Part shown: piece by piece, positions 10,451 to 24,149 of the stretch
How positions within the stretch are numbered: position 1 is the first letter of the stretch
Layout: each line of letters starts with the position of its first letter
Source of the DNA: Stegostoma tigrinum
Lineage: Eukaryota
DNA length: 64,000 nucleotides
Direction of reading: 5' to 3'
NCBI RefSeq assembly: GCF_030684315.1
Contig: NC_081396.1
Location: 8,051,628 to 8,115,627, forward strand
Program-made: the position numbers and the translations under genes
The notes under the pieces: model-generated
What the model was told of the DNA's origin: nothing
Database searches by the model: none
The model's input: the letters and a program-made list of their open reading frames with translations, nothing else

Positions 10451-12829
10451 ATTTAACTCAAACCCATTTCAAGTGCTGCTTTCCTGAAATGTGGGTCGCC
10501 CCTCTCTCTTTCATTAAATAGGAACAGCAAATTAGGAAGAAGCTCAGCAGCAACTGCGAAGAGAGAAGCATAATTTATGTTTCCAGTCGGATGCGACTCT
10601 GCTAACCCTCTTTCTGTCATGAAAATTGTATTGCAAATGAACTGTCACACGTACAGATTTCCTAGCTCTCGATCATTCCAACGCCACCTCTACCAATCCA
10701 ATCCATGTCAATCCAAGCCAATCCATTCTCCTGCAAAAGGAGAGTGGCGAAGATCATCAGCAGTTTTCTCAAATTTGGACTTAGCATGTAGTGAATATCA
10801 GTGCAGACAGAGTTAATATCAATTCGAACTAGTGCAGCCGTGATTCTTGTTGGAAAGTATCAGAACCCACTGTTTCCACACTCCAGATCTGGGTTGACAC
10901 GATCATGTGCCCGACAGCTTTAGTTGCAAGTGCGGTCAGTTGTTGTTCTGGTTTATGACGCTACAGAGACTGAAACGAGTCGTCATTGCCGTGGAAGGCA
11001 TTGCGACATGTTGATTTCTTACTCTGGCCGAAAAAGGATTGAGAATCTGTCAAAAGTATGCTTGCAGGAGATCACTGAGCAGTGCCCATGTGTGAATAGA
11101 CCAGAGGACACAGTTCAACATTCAGAAATGGGGTTGATAAGGCTGTTGTATTGTTTCATGATAAAAGTTTACGTGTGGTAAAGCCAGGATTGGACGACTG
11201 TAGAAAGCCAGAACCGTGTTTACCTTTGGTGTTTTGGAAGTACCATTGTGGCTGTGGCTGTATTTGATTTTAAAAAGTATGAGAAATTTAACTAAAACCT
11301 ATTGCTCGAGTTTGAGTAAATGCAGTGGTGCGTGAATGAGCTGCGGTGTAATTTAGGACTTGGCAGCAGAGTTGGAGTTAGTTTTAATTTAAATAATTTG
11401 AAGGTGGAATTTCAGTGAGAGTATCAGAATAGTCGACGGTACCCTTGAAGTGCTTGGACGGCATGGTAGAATCTCATCTGTAGCATTTCCGAGAAGGGAG
11501 AAGCATTGCAACAATAAGAGGATGATCTGACTGATAGCTACAGTAAGAAGTCTGATGCTCAACTCAAGGTCACGAGTGAATCCACGGTTGTGAACATTCT
11601 GGCCAGATGACTGTTTAGGTGACAATAGGCTTCGTTTTGGGGACAAGGAAGTCTGGTATCTTTCCTTGAAAGAATATTTCAAATGTATGAAGTTTAATCA
11701 AAAAACGAATGGGAAGAAACCGTTTTGGGTGTATTGAGAATATGAGGCAATTAAAAATATCCAGATACACAAAGAAAGATATTAAGTGGTGTGTTTTACA
11801 TTGGAGATATATATTTGGTTCAAGGAACTTTGCTTAAGAGCAGTGATGCTCACAGTACCGTTGCGCGCTCATTTTACAACAGGTTGATGAGAATCAATTT
11901 GAAAAGTAACTGTGAAATTAGCATGCGGGTAGAGTACTTGAGAATAAGATTATTGCTCTGTCACAGTCATGAAATGTCCATTTATAACCCCCAGTGATCC
12001 TCTGAAAGCAGTGAGACTGAATCGCAGTTCGAGGATTGGGGATTGATCTGTGTGTCCTATCAAACTCCATCACCTGTTAATGTAGTAGATTTTCTACTTT
12101 CCAAGGAACTGTTTTGCTCCCTCAACCACATGAGCAAGACCCCAAAATGTCTTCACTCTCTGGTGTCAAAAACATTTCTATTATCTTATAGAAACCCAAA
12201 TGACACCTACTTCTCGAAAGCCTATTCAAACTTGTTTCTTGATAACTTTATGAGATAAAAATGTTCGATAAGGAGGAAATGTAAAACAGATTATCGGCAA
12301 AAATCCTTAATATTTTGAGACATGGCTAGAGCCTTCAACATAAAGACATGCTTTCAAAAGTGCACAAGGAGTGTAAAGAGGGGAAAGAAGAGAAAGGTTC
12401 ATTGGGGAGTAATATTGGACTCCAAATCTTGGAGCCTAGAAGCACAGATACAAACTTTGGAACGGTTAAAATCATGAATTCTCTAGAAGCCAGTATTAGA
12501 TGAATAGATGTTTCTCAGATGACTTGGGCTGGAGAAAATCTTAGAGCTAGAGTTGAGTGAAGTCATTGAGAAGTTAAGGCTGAATAAGGCAGTTTTCAGA
12601 TCGAGGCGTGGTTTGACATCGCAAAATTTAAGTTAGGAAGCACAGTGGGGATCTGGGATATGTGCCTGGCCGCGGATTAAGACACTGGCAGCATAACTTT
12701 GGAGCCCCAAAGTTAGAAATTGGAGGTCGCCGAGGAATTCCCAGATAGTGCAATTTCATGACGTAATGTTAAAACTATAGGTGAGTGGAGAATCAAAAAT
12801 CAGTGAAGTTAGAATTAAAAATGGGTGGT

Positions 12830-13210
12830 CTTAACAAGGACATTGAGGGTGATCTTATAGAGGTTAATGTAGTCATGACAAGCAGTGCCAAGATAAATAT
12901 CATAGATCTTTTCCTTAGGACAGGGGAGTTCAAAACTAGAAGGCATAGGTTTAAGGTGAGAGGAGAAAGATTTAAAAGGGATCTGAGTGGAAACGTTTTC
13001 GCATGGAGGATGGTGTGTGTGTAATTAACTATTAGGAGAAGTCGTAGAGGCAAGTGCTGTTATTACATTTGAAGGATATTTGGATAGTATATGAGAGGAA
13101 CAAATTTGGAAGGATGTGGGTACATCATCGGCAAATGGGATTAGTTAAGTTTGGATGTGTTGGACTGAAAGATCTGTCTCCATTCTGTAGGACTCTACCG
13201 CTCTACTTGA
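12830..13210 (+). mobile_element. CR1-type LINE, 3' fragment
   Basis: ORF 12785-13024 reads EGDLIEV..KTRRHRFKVRGERFKRDLSGNVF. Confidence 0.75.
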
Positions 13211-13410
13211 TTTAGAGATCGCATCAAGGTTAAATATGACACCAATGTTGTGAACAGTGTCTTTCAGCATCATTGTATAATGATGCTATAACATGGCCAA
13301 AACATACATTTTATGTAATACTTGAGAGCAATCGATTAGAAAGAACATCCAAGAAGCAGTATAAGCATCGATTCAGGAGAGAGTAAGTCTTTTCTTTGTT
13401 GTAATTCTAG

Positions 13411-13731
13411 GAGTACAGCCTTCTCCACCAATAGTCAGTCTCCTATTCTCTGCAACGGAAGAACAGAGAGCAAACCGATTTGTGCAGCTGGTTTGTCTAA
13501 TGACCGGATACTATCCTGAAAATGTTGCGGTGAGCTGGCAGAAGAACACGAATGACATAAGATCAGGTTTTACAACTACACCCGCAATGAAAACATCGAA
13601 CAATGCCTTCAGCCGTACAAGTTTACTTCAAGTGCCCCTACAGGAATGGAGCAGCGGTTCTGTGTACAGTTGCCAAGTTTCTCATTCTGCAACCAAAAGT
13701 GTACAGACAAAAGAAATTAGACAAACATCGG
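13411..13731 (+). CDS. IgNAR: IgNAR constant exon C1
   Basis: Acceptor ttctag at 13410. (G)VQPSPPIVSLLFSATEEQRANRFVQLVCLMTGYYPENVAVSWQKN..YSCQVSHSAT..IRQTS. Donor gtaag at 13732. Confidence 0.97.
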
Positions 13732-14639
13732 GTAAGAAATTTAAACAAACTCACAAGCTCAAATTAATGAAGTGTAAACTTTCATCTTCAGTATTGCACC
13801 AGATGACATCTGGTTTTGGTGGTCTGTTGCTGAGGATGAAACATTCTTGAACTGGTTACAGTGAGTGATATCAATAGCATCTTATGGTCGAGAGAAATGC
13901 TAGAGGAAAAATCGGTTGGAAATGATCCAGGTATCCGATCTTTCAAAAATATAGTGGAGCACAACATTCGAAACTGTTTCCCTCTGCTCTCTGCGAGTCT
14001 CATTCTCAGTAGGAAAGAATTATTGGAATAAGGAAAGGCCTTGATGGAAGATAGAGGAAAAGAGACAGAAATGTAGACACTATGAGGAAGGCTACAGAAT
14101 GAAGGGTGATTCTTTGCAAATCTTTTTACAATGGCAAGTTCAGACAAAATTTCTAGACAGCCTCGGTATTAAAAACACTTTATAAACCAAGCCAAAACTA
14201 CGCTTTGGCTCATTTACAAATACAATCCAGGGCAGGAAAAACACCATGGCAATGCATACACTTCATCAGAAAGAATTCAACTTCAACAAGTCTGTTTCTC
14301 CTGCTGACACTATTATGGATTTAGTGTTTTCTGCTGTTGTGTGCCGCTATGCATTTGTAGAAAAGGTGAATTGGGAGGATGATGTTCAGTGAAACTAAAG
14401 GGAGAGACTGAGGTTTCTGGTGGAACAGAGACGGAAATTTGCTATTCGATGAGAATCGACAGAGACAGCAAGCATACAGCAAAATCCTCTGTTGAAGTAT
14501 GTATCAACGGTTCTTTGTATAAACCGAATTAAGGCTAAGACACATCGGTTATCTTGAACAGCAGGTTTCGTGACCTTACAGGGATAATGATTGTCATTAA
14601 TCCACTGTGGTTAAAATTCATCAACCCTCGTGGTGTGGT

Positions 14640-15270
14640 AGATTTTGTCTGTCTTCTGTTGTCTATTTTGCTCTCTTGCTCTCATTTTTACTGTCAGCCA
14701 CTTTCTGCCTCTGTCCATCCATCTATCCGTCTCTATTTCTTCTGATCCCGATCTTTTTATCAGTTTATGTCTCCCTTTACTGGCTATGTGTTTCTTTCTC
14801 GATTTGTCTGTCCTTGACTTTCCATCTTGGAAGTATTTCTTCTTTTATCTTCCTGTAACTGGCGATTCGAGTCACTCTTTGTGCATCATTCATTGTTGCT
14901 CCTAGCGCTCCTCTTCCTGTGTGCACCTCTCAGGCTCCATGCCTCCATCTCTTGTCTTCATCCCATAGGTATCTCTCTCCCTCTCACTCTGGTTGACTTC
15001 TTCTATCTGTCATTCTCATGCTGTTGTTCTCTAGTTTTATGTCTCTCTATTTCCATCTCACTCTCTCAGTTTGCCTGTCTCTGCCCTTGTCTCCCTGCGT
15101 ATCTGTATCTGCGCATATGTGTGCCTCTTTTAGGGCCTATCTGCCTTTGTATTTCTGCGAATTGTTTCTCTGTTTATTTCTGTATTGCTCACTGCATGGG
15201 CCCATACCAAACCTCTCACCCCTCCAAAATATTTTCCTTGTTTTTCTTTCTGTTTGCTCTATTTCTCAAT
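14640..15270 (+). repeat. Low-complexity (T/C)-rich tract in the C1-C2 intron
   Basis: Degenerate tc/tctg repeats. The Leu/Ser/Phe/Cys-rich ORFs here are artefacts of this composition. Confidence 0.7.
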
Positions 15271-15469
15271 TTTATTGGTTTATACAAGTTATGGTGCATA
15301 TCAGCAAACATGCAAAGAAGAAATGTCCCTTCAAATTCGATATATATCAGTGAGGGAGATGGTCACATTTTAATCATCGCATCCTTTGTCACTGATTAAG
15401 ACATCCTTGTTACACTTCTGGTGATTGAAACAAGGGCCAGAATTAAAGTCTTGCATTTCTCACTGACAG

Positions 15470-15772
15470 AGATCGCTGTATTACTAAGGGATCCAACAGT
15501 TGAAGAAATTTGGATGAATAAAAGCGCCACTCTAGTTTGCGAAGTGCTCTCTCCAGTTTCTGCTGGAGCAGTCGTCTCTTGGATGGTAAATGGAAAAGTA
15601 AGGAATGAAGGCGTTCACATGGAAGCAGCTACAATGAGTGGAAATCAATATCTGACCGTCAGCCGTTTGACCAGCAGCGTGGAAGAGTGGCAGAGTGGGG
15701 TGGAATACACTTGCTCCGCAAAACAGGATCAGTCATCCACCCCAGTCGTAAAACGAACAGGAAAGGCAAGAG
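15470..15772 (+). CDS. IgNAR: IgNAR constant exon C2
   Basis: Acceptor gacag at 15469. EIAVLLRDPTVEEIWMNKSATLVCEVL..W..YTCSAKQDQSSTPVVKRTGKAR. Donor gtgggt at 15773. Confidence 0.96.
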
Positions 15773-15865
15773 GTGGGTGGCAAAAAAAATTTGTATTTAT
15801 TTCTGTAATGCCATTTGCAAATGGCAATGACGGAAAAACTAAAATGACCTGTATTTCCATTCCAG

Positions 15866-16183
15866 TCGAACCAAAACAACCATATCTCCGCCTCCTGCCC
15901 CCGTCACCAGAAGAGATTCAAAGCACCAGCTCTGCCACTCTCACATGTTTGATAAGAGGTTTCTCTCCTGACAAAGTACGCATTTACTGGGAAAAAGATG
16001 GTGTTTCTGTGAGCGCGAACATCACCGATTTCCCCACTGCTCTGGAACAGGACCTGACCTTCAGCACACGGAGCCTCCTCAATTTATCTGCAATGGAATG
16101 GAAGAGCGGAGCAAAATACACCTGTGCTGCCTCACATCCACCTTCACAATCCACTGTGAAGAGTGTCATCAGGAACCCGAAAG
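15866..16183 (+). CDS. IgNAR: IgNAR constant exon C3
   Basis: Acceptor ttccag at 15865. VEPKQPYLRLLPPSPEEIQSTSSATLTCLIRGFSPD..W..YTCAASHPPSQSTVKSVIRNPK. Donor gtaag at 16184. Confidence 0.96.
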
Positions 16184-19100
16184 GTAAGGACAGTTTTTCA
16201 GCAACTATTCTCATAATCAATCCTTTGTGATAAATATAAGCACAACATGAAACTGTGAGCAAATACTCCAAGGTTCCAGAAACTTGCAAACGGCCAACGC
16301 CTCTTGGAAATGAAACAACTTTAACACACAGCACGCGGGTAGTAAATAGATAGAAGAATCAACAATATCCAAGAAGCACGCTGCCCCAAGCAGTGTGAGG
16401 AAAGCTGATATTAAGAATGGAGGGGTTGGCCCTCTAGTGGTAGAGTGGTAATGTCATTAGCCCTAGGCCAATAAGCCCGCATTTAATACCTGCCTGTTGC
16501 CAAGTTGTGCAATGACTTATCTAAACAGGTTGAAAGAGAAAAATTGGTTAGCTAAAAAAACTATATTGAGAAAGGAGCTTAATTACACAATTAACTCTTG
16601 AGAGTCAGCTATCTTTAGGCAACAATGGATGAATGTATTCACAAAATTTTGAGTCGTGTTTGCTTCAGTCAACTGCTTTAGGCTTCTGCTTTCAGTCTAG
16701 CTTGAGTGGTTGCTGACAGTCAACTGAAAGGTACACAGAAGTACAACCTAACCAGTTAAAGAGTTGAACTCATGTATGTGAATTATCATGTACATTTCAA
16801 GGATCCTATTATTCAGTATGATTCCCTGGGACGCCACAAGAACGGACAAATAAATCTGCTGTTGACATAAATAATTCACACAAGCTACTGAATTAGATTT
16901 AATTCCTACTCTCTGCTTAGCTCATTGATCTGATCCGATTTTGTTGTGGATCGTGGAACCGCCAATTTATGTTCTAAAGAAATGAATGGCAAGACATCAA
17001 GTTTTCAACACTGATGTCTGGTACATAAGTCTGTGATCAAGGGAATCGATTACTTGCCCGCGCAAACTTTCTGTCATTCACTTACTGGTAATTATTGAAT
17101 AAATTTGAGTGAAAAATCAGCTGAGGTGACAAAGTGATTCCAACAAATCACACACAACAGTGAGAAAGCATCAAGATGCATCTGAGAAAATATGGCTCAT
17201 AGATGCAGTCACAAACATTGATCAGGAAAAATTCCACTTGTTGAGCACCCATGCACTGAAATAGCAAACTAGCAGAAGCCCATGCGTTGATTTAGATTTG
17301 TTGAAGATACTTGTAAGTTGAACTGGGATAGACTTATGTGAGTTTACATACAATCTCTAAGAGGGGCTTTGGTGGAAATGCTCTTGCAAAGGTCAGGGCC
17401 AAATGGGAATCTCATTCACTCGCTGTAGAATGGGTTACACATTTTTTTCCTTGTTGAATAACTATGACTGATCAGTCAAGACAAGATTCCTCAAAGAAAT
17501 TTGCACCCCACATTATATCAATATGGAATGTCACTTCCTTTTCCACAGTGATGGAAGAAATTCACTTGAAATTGTGATCATTTTCAGTTTAGAATGCTGG
17601 AGTGGGGGAAGGATTCCCAAATAAAATTACATCGTCTGTACACGGAACATTTTGAAATTTAAAAAGTCGTTGTTAAGTCTTCGATTTCTGTTTTTAACAC
17701 ATGCATAAGATTCATTTCATTGCAATCGGTTTTATCGCAGCAGCATTTCTCCTCTCAACATTCTGTTTCACTACTGAAAAGATACTATGTTGTGAAGATG
17801 CAGTTATCACCAGGCTCATCAGATGGAACTGATCTAGTAAAATGAAACATGTCCACATTACATAATCAAGAAATGATAATATAGCCTGACTGTGCTCAGG
17901 TTGCCAATCCACAAATTCATGTTAACCGCCTGTCAGGTTGAATGGAGGGTCAGTGGAAGACATTAAATCAGGACCGCCAGCAGATAAGCAAGTATTCAGA
18001 CTGAGAGTTTGGAATGTGAGACAGTAATATTAATCAACACAGGAATAGTTCCTGCAATTTTTCTCCCCACCCATCGAACCTGGCAGCATTGAAGAAATGC
18101 AGAAGTTTTACGAAATGCATACAATATTAAATGATTCAATTCGAACTGTATGATTGACATCCGCCCTCACAAGAGATATCAGAACTTGTAGAGTTAACTG
18201 ATTCTGCAAATATAATGGAGGTTGTATTATTTAGAGTGATAATACAAGGAAAACATTCAAGAATCTTCTTTTCATTTGTTTTTGTTCCATTATGCACAAA
18301 GAAAGTAACTGTTACTGTATTAAAAACGACCATTTTTCTTTCAAAATCTAAATACCCGCTTTCCCACGTCTTTCTGTCCCTTTAACGTTGGCACAATACC
18401 GACAGCTATGAGTTGAGGCTATTTTCAGTGTTAAAGTTGAGATATCATAGAAACGTACTGACAATATTTTAGATTTCCTCACTTCACACTCTTAAAATAA
18501 TAGCTAATGCAACAACCATCTTCAGAGAATGCCCCTGACCGGACCTGAATTGTGCAGTAACTATCTCTTTTTTAAAATAAAAGATTCTGCAGAGGAAATA
18601 GGAAAACAAAATCATGTCAAAGGATGAAAACGATCAAAATACAGATTGACATGAGGGGAATTGAATTCGTTGGTCGGATGCTGTGAAATTAATTTTAGTT
18701 GTGGAATAGGAGATATTTATGAGATGTTTTTCCTCATCTGCTTATGTATTCTGACAAATGCAGTCCAGGCTGCAGTAATTATCTTCTGGCATCAATAAAT
18801 GCAAAAGGTAAGAGTGTGCAACGCTAGAACAGAAACAATTAGGACCCGGTATGCCCAAGTTAGAAAAATTTCCAAATTGTGCAATAATACATTGCAAATA
18901 TTACCAAAGCCGCATCCACAGCAGACACAGCGAATGAAAACAACGTGAACAGAGGACACAGCATCTAATTATCTGAGTCGATACAATCTGAGAAAACAGA
19001 TAACAGATTGCAGTAAGTAAACTTATTCGCAACTCTTGTAGTATTTTGGAATTTATTTCAAGATTGCAGCCTGAAAAAATGTATTCCTTATTCTTTCCAG

Positions 19101-19421
19101 ATGATTGCCGTCACACAGACATTTCTGTCAGTCTACTGAAGCCTCCGTTTGAAGAGATTTGGACACAACGGACAGCGACCATTGTTTGTGAAATCGTTTA
19201 CAGCGACTTAGAAAACATCAAAGTTTTCTGGCAAGTGAATGGGGCTGAGAGAAAGAAAGGAGTCGAGACACAGAATCCCGAGTGGAGTGGAACTAAATCC
19301 ACCATTGTGAGCAAACTCAAAGTCACGGCTTCGGAGTGGGACAGTGGCACCGAATATGTTTGCCTGGTAGAAGACAGTGAATTACCAACACCAGTGAAGG
19401 CCTCTATCAGGAAGGTAGACG
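19101..19421 (+). CDS. IgNAR: IgNAR constant exon C4 (N-terminal extra Cys for the interchain disulfide)
   Basis: Acceptor tttccag at 19100. DDCRHTDISVSLLKPPFEEIWTQRTATIVCEIVY..YVCLVEDSELPTPVKASIRKVD. Donor gtaagt at 19422. Confidence 0.96.
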
Positions 19422-19955
19422 GTAAGTGGGGATAATACTGCAATAACAACAAAAAGAATGGATGCAGAAATCTGAAATGAAAGAAGGTGCTGTAGAAATT
19501 GAGCTGGACTGGCTCAATCTGTGGAGATAGAAATAGGGTGAACCTCTCCAGTCCAGTATGTCTCCTTCTCCAAAAGGCCTGTTAATGTTACTGTTGAGAT
19601 AAAACTGGCTCATTGTCTAATCCAATGTATAAACACCTTTGCAAATTATCCTTTTATTTTTGCCTCGAATGACCAGGAGTCCAAAGTTCTGGCTCCTGCC
19701 AAAGTATAACGACGAACATGATGAACTCTGAGTAGTTGAATCATTTGCATTTTTAGAGCGGCAGTTCTTTCAAAAATGTGATTCTTTGCAAGATCGATCC
19801 TACCACTAAAGTGATGTAACCTTCTCGAACATTCAGAGATATTTGTACAGTCTCACAGATAGGAAATATTTTACAAAGCACATGCATTGGTAGCAAAGAA
19901 ATTGTGGTGCAGATATAAGACTGTCTGAGTTAAACAAATATCTCTCTCTTTGCAG

Positions 19956-20338
19956 TCAGCCAAATGCATCCTCCCAAGGTTTATCTCCTGCATCCATCGG
20001 CGGACGAGATTGACACTGAGAATTCAGCTACCCTGTTGTGTCTAGCCTCCAACTTTTACCCAGCTGAGATTTACATTGGTTGGATGGCAAATGACACACT
20101 TTTGGATTCTGGGTACCGCACCCAAGTAGACAGCGAGAAGGGAAATGGTTCCAGCTTCGTTACCAGCAGATTGAGACTCACAGCGGCGGAATGGAACAGT
20201 GACACCACTTACTCCTGCTTAGTGGGACACCCGTCCCTAAACCGGGATTTAATCAGAAGTACAAATAAATCCCACGGTAAACCGTCGTTAGTTAATGTTT
20301 CAGTCATACTAAACGACACTGCTAAAACCTGCACATAA
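19956..20338 (+). CDS. IgNAR: IgNAR constant exon C5 plus secretory tailpiece (internal membrane-form donor at 20277)
   Basis: Acceptor ttgcag at 19955. VSQMHPPKVYLLHPS..CLASNFYP..YSCLVGHPSL..NKSH|GKPSLVNVSVILNDTAKTCT*. Internal donor G|gtaaac at 20276/20277. Confidence 0.97.
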
Positions 20339-20655
20339 CTTTGATGTTTGATGATTTGTTTTCCATAGATCGGTCAATGTCGTTCTTGCAAAAAAAAAAT
20401 TTTAAGCAACTGAACCAATGCATTTCAAATCATTGCACGCAATAGCCACATTTCCGATCAGTGACCACTTTTGGAAAAAAAGAAATAACCATTGTTTCAA
20501 ACTCTATGTGTTGGTGAAAGATAATTATTGTTAGATACTGAAATGCAAGTCAAACATTGCCAGGGTAATCGGTCTGAAGACAACTTGAAGCTCTCACTCC
20601 GATACTGAAAGAACAGGAAGTTATGTTTCAGTCTGTATGTGGCTCCAATAATTGC

Positions 20656-20661
20656 AATAAA
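20656..20661 (+). terminator. Candidate polyadenylation signal of the secreted form
   Basis: First AATAAA after the tailpiece stop, followed by T/GT-rich sequence. Confidence 0.7.
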
Positions 20662-22074
20662 TGCAGAATGAAAACTTTCTGACTTACTTGTTCTTGGTTT
20701 GCATATATAATACTTTCACAAAGATGATTTAGAGCTTGATTGAAGTGTGTGCGATCTCCATTCTTGACGCGCCAGCACGGCAGCCTTTTTGCACTTGCAG
20801 AATTTTATGTCCCGTCGGGTTGCCACCGATTAAGCCATACTTATCCTAGCCATTTTGGGCAGCAATCCTCCGTTATGCTTAGACAGTGGAGTATCTAGTT
20901 GTTGAATGGACGGACTGAAGTTCACGTGAGGCCAATTTATTTAGTATGACAATCGGTCATCCATATTGCCCTGTCCTTCACTTAACCAGCTTTGCCAATT
21001 ATTCTCTTGTGGTGACGTCGAAATCTCGCCCACAGCTTTGGTGTTGCATTCCCACAAGGATCTATGCTTGAGCCCTCATCCAGGCAGGCCGTGATGAATA
21101 TCATGAAAACTCAGACACTATTTCGACACTGATATCACATAATTCTCTCTCACAATCGCCTGTTGCTTCTCTCTGTGTACGCCCTGAGATGTGAACACAC
21201 AATAAAATAGCGCAGAATCCAAAAACAATGTCCTCAATTCAGACTATAAACCCAGGACGAGACTCATCCATACCAATGAATTCTTTAGCCATTTCCCATT
21301 GTGAGAGGTTTTCTTTCCAGACTTGACATCCAACTTGAATGTCCAAGTCCATCGCTCAAAACGACAGATGGTTGCTGTTTCTTCTGGATTATCTGCTTTC
21401 GACAAGCTCAACCAATCCTATCGTGTCGTTTGACCTGACTGTTCAGCATCTCATTGTCTGCTATACATCTTCCATTCTCCACGGTCTTAAATTGACACAA
21501 AACTCAGTTACATGGCATACAAATTCGCAGCAGTTCCCATTACTTCATCACCACCATACTCACTGAACCACTCTTAACAATGTCCATGAATGATTCCCTT
21601 ACAAAATATTCTTGACTTCTCCAAATTCCTCCAATTCCTCTTCCATCACTATTGATGTGATCCATTCCCACATTGTTTGAAGCCATCCTTCTGTACCCAT
21701 GTTGTTCTAGGCTGCCATGCATTCAGAATTTTACTGCCACCATCGTGTCCATCCAAGGACATTCAGTTCTCCAAATTGGTGATTGTTCAGTCCTACTTTC
21801 ACTTAATCAGTCTTGCCAAATATTCAAATACAGTGATATCCTATTCACTCACACAGCATCACTACTGCATCCTCACAAGACTTTGTACTTAGAGCCTTAT
21901 TGATGTAAAACCTACACACTACCTCTAACTAATGATACAAATTTGGAGTCCATCTACACAATGAAAATATGGGATTGCAGTATTATAATGGATCAAATCT
22001 ATGATCAGTTAGCTGATCCATTCGTTTCTGTAATGGCCTTATGGCATTTACAACCTGTGTACCAAGCAGGCCAT

Positions 22075-22280
22075 CATAAAAGCATTAGCAGGTCTGGAGG
22101 CATTTGTGGAGAATATTTCTGATCGAGGGACCTTCTTCAGACCTATGAGGAAGGGTCACTGGACCCGAAACGTCAACTCTGATTTCTCTCCACAGATGTT
22201 GCCACATGTGCTGAACTTTTCCAGCCATTTCTGATTTCGTTTCTGAATTACATCATTCACAGACTCTTTTGATTTTTATT
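22075..22280. mobile_element. Palindromic non-autonomous element derived from Penelope pLTR, with decayed hammerhead motif (22145-22174)
   Basis: gcaggtctggaggcatttgtggagaa and tctctccacagatgttgccac form inverted arms around ATGAGGA-agggtcactggaccc-GAAACGTC. Confidence 0.6.
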
Positions 22281-24149
22281 TAAGTTGTTATGCTGAACAT
22301 CAGCACACAACAAGGTGAAACCAATGGAGCAGTCAGGGTAATTGGTTGGCAGAATGGTGTCCACGTTGTCCTGCACCTACCGCCCTTCTTCCCCGAGAAG
22401 TCCTCCGTTTTAAAATGGCGGGAGAAACACTTTTGCAAAAGTTCTGCGACATTCAGAATTGACCAGGCGCAAATTTCGCATTGTCTGTTCTGATCTCAGT
22501 TTATTATACAGCAGGTGTGCTGAATAGATCACGAGGAAGCAATACAAAGGAATGTAGTTCTGAAATTCATGCATGGTCACGAAAGGCTACACCAGCTGTG
22601 ATGTTAGAGATAGCACGCTCAGGTCATCTACTTTGGTGAACATGCATGCCTGACCCGCTGTTCATGAAGTTGATGAATCTTTGGACATTTCGCAGTTGTC
22701 ACTGTTCCATGACATGAGCTATTTATTTCTGTGAGTCGATAAGTCTGTTCAATGTGATTTGCTTACGGTTTGTGCTGGATTGGTGATTGTGTAGAGTCGA
22801 TCTCCTGTTGTCTATTCTGTGTATCCTTTTGTAAGGCTGCCTCTGAATGGGAAAATATCCATAATGTGGTATCTATCCATGTCGTGTCTGTTTCGTTAAC
22901 TGAGAGAAACACTGTGCTGTAGACCGTCCCACTCGCCCATCCTGGCCGAAGTGTCAGTAAGTCGAATGGATTCCCTAGGCCATGTCATGAGTATCTAAAC
23001 ATGTTAAGCACTGCCTGTCAATTGCAGAATGATGCTGCTGCCGGAAATGGCATCTGTGTATGCACAGTCTTGTGTGATTCACGAGTGAAACAAACCGCTG
23101 AACTATTGTGTGTGATATCTGATCATGGTCAGAAGTATCTCTTTTTTTGAACGATCCGCGGCTTTACATGCTGGAGTTCGTTGGTGAACTGTATAATTCT
23201 CGATGCTCTGTGAGCTACTTGAAGTGCAACTTGTGGTTTAAGCACAGCCATAAAAAATGGCTTGGGGAACGCCTTCTCTCTGCTTCACAAGTCCTTGAGC
23301 AGGCTCCGCAGTGCCAAAATATCTGACTCGTGCCATCCGAACTCCATCATGTTTCACTCTCTGCTCCTTGCTAACTCGAAGCTCAGTCACTTAACGCACT
23401 GAAGTCCTGATATGAATTGCACACAAATCAATTAAAATTTCGTGCTTTTGTGTTGAGATGGATGCCAGATGCAGCCGCTGCTGAGAATCTTTTGCAGATC
23501 AGTTCAACCTGAAATGGCAAAGATCGGATAAGACCCTGGATGTAAACAGCGAATTCATATGTGAAATAGTTTTGTCAGTACGACACTTCTGCGATCATGA
23601 TTGTATTGGATGAAAAAAAATCCAACTGCCAGATTACATTACGAGCACGAATTTTTCGGCATGAACTATACTGATGTGATTTCAAAATTTATTGGAAGTG
23701 GATATTATACTGGTATTAATTAAGATTTAGTTAATTTGAAGAGAACAAAATCAGTCTAAATAGAGTAAACAAACTATTATTCTCTTGTTAGAGGATTGTT
23801 ACCAGTGAGGCATCACAAGGAAGAACACTTGTGCAAGCATTGTTCATAACCTATGTCAGAGACAGTGATGACAAAATGTGATATTTCCAGCATTATGAGT
23901 GTATTATATCTATGTTTGTTGTGTTAAGAATGTGAGGAGGCTCCAAGCAGATACAGACAATCTGATATCTGGGCAAGAAGAGCGCAGACGCATTATTTTG
24001 TAGATTATGTGTGAGGTTATACACAGTGGTAGAGTGATCTGAGATGAGGACCTTTTTCTTAAAGGCCAAGAGATTGGACATTGTTGGTGCGAAAAGGAAC
24101 TTGTAAGTCCGAATAGATTAGTAATTGAAAGCTAACACATACAAGAATG

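Noticed and set aside
4881-13410. Hinge exon or switch-like repeat in the J-C intron
   Set aside because: No Pro/Cys-rich exon with splice sites and no AGCT-rich tandem repeat was seen; the intron is mostly retroelement debris.
14554-15399. Several hydrophobic ORFs of up to 190 aa
   Set aside because: Artefacts of the T/C-rich intronic tract.
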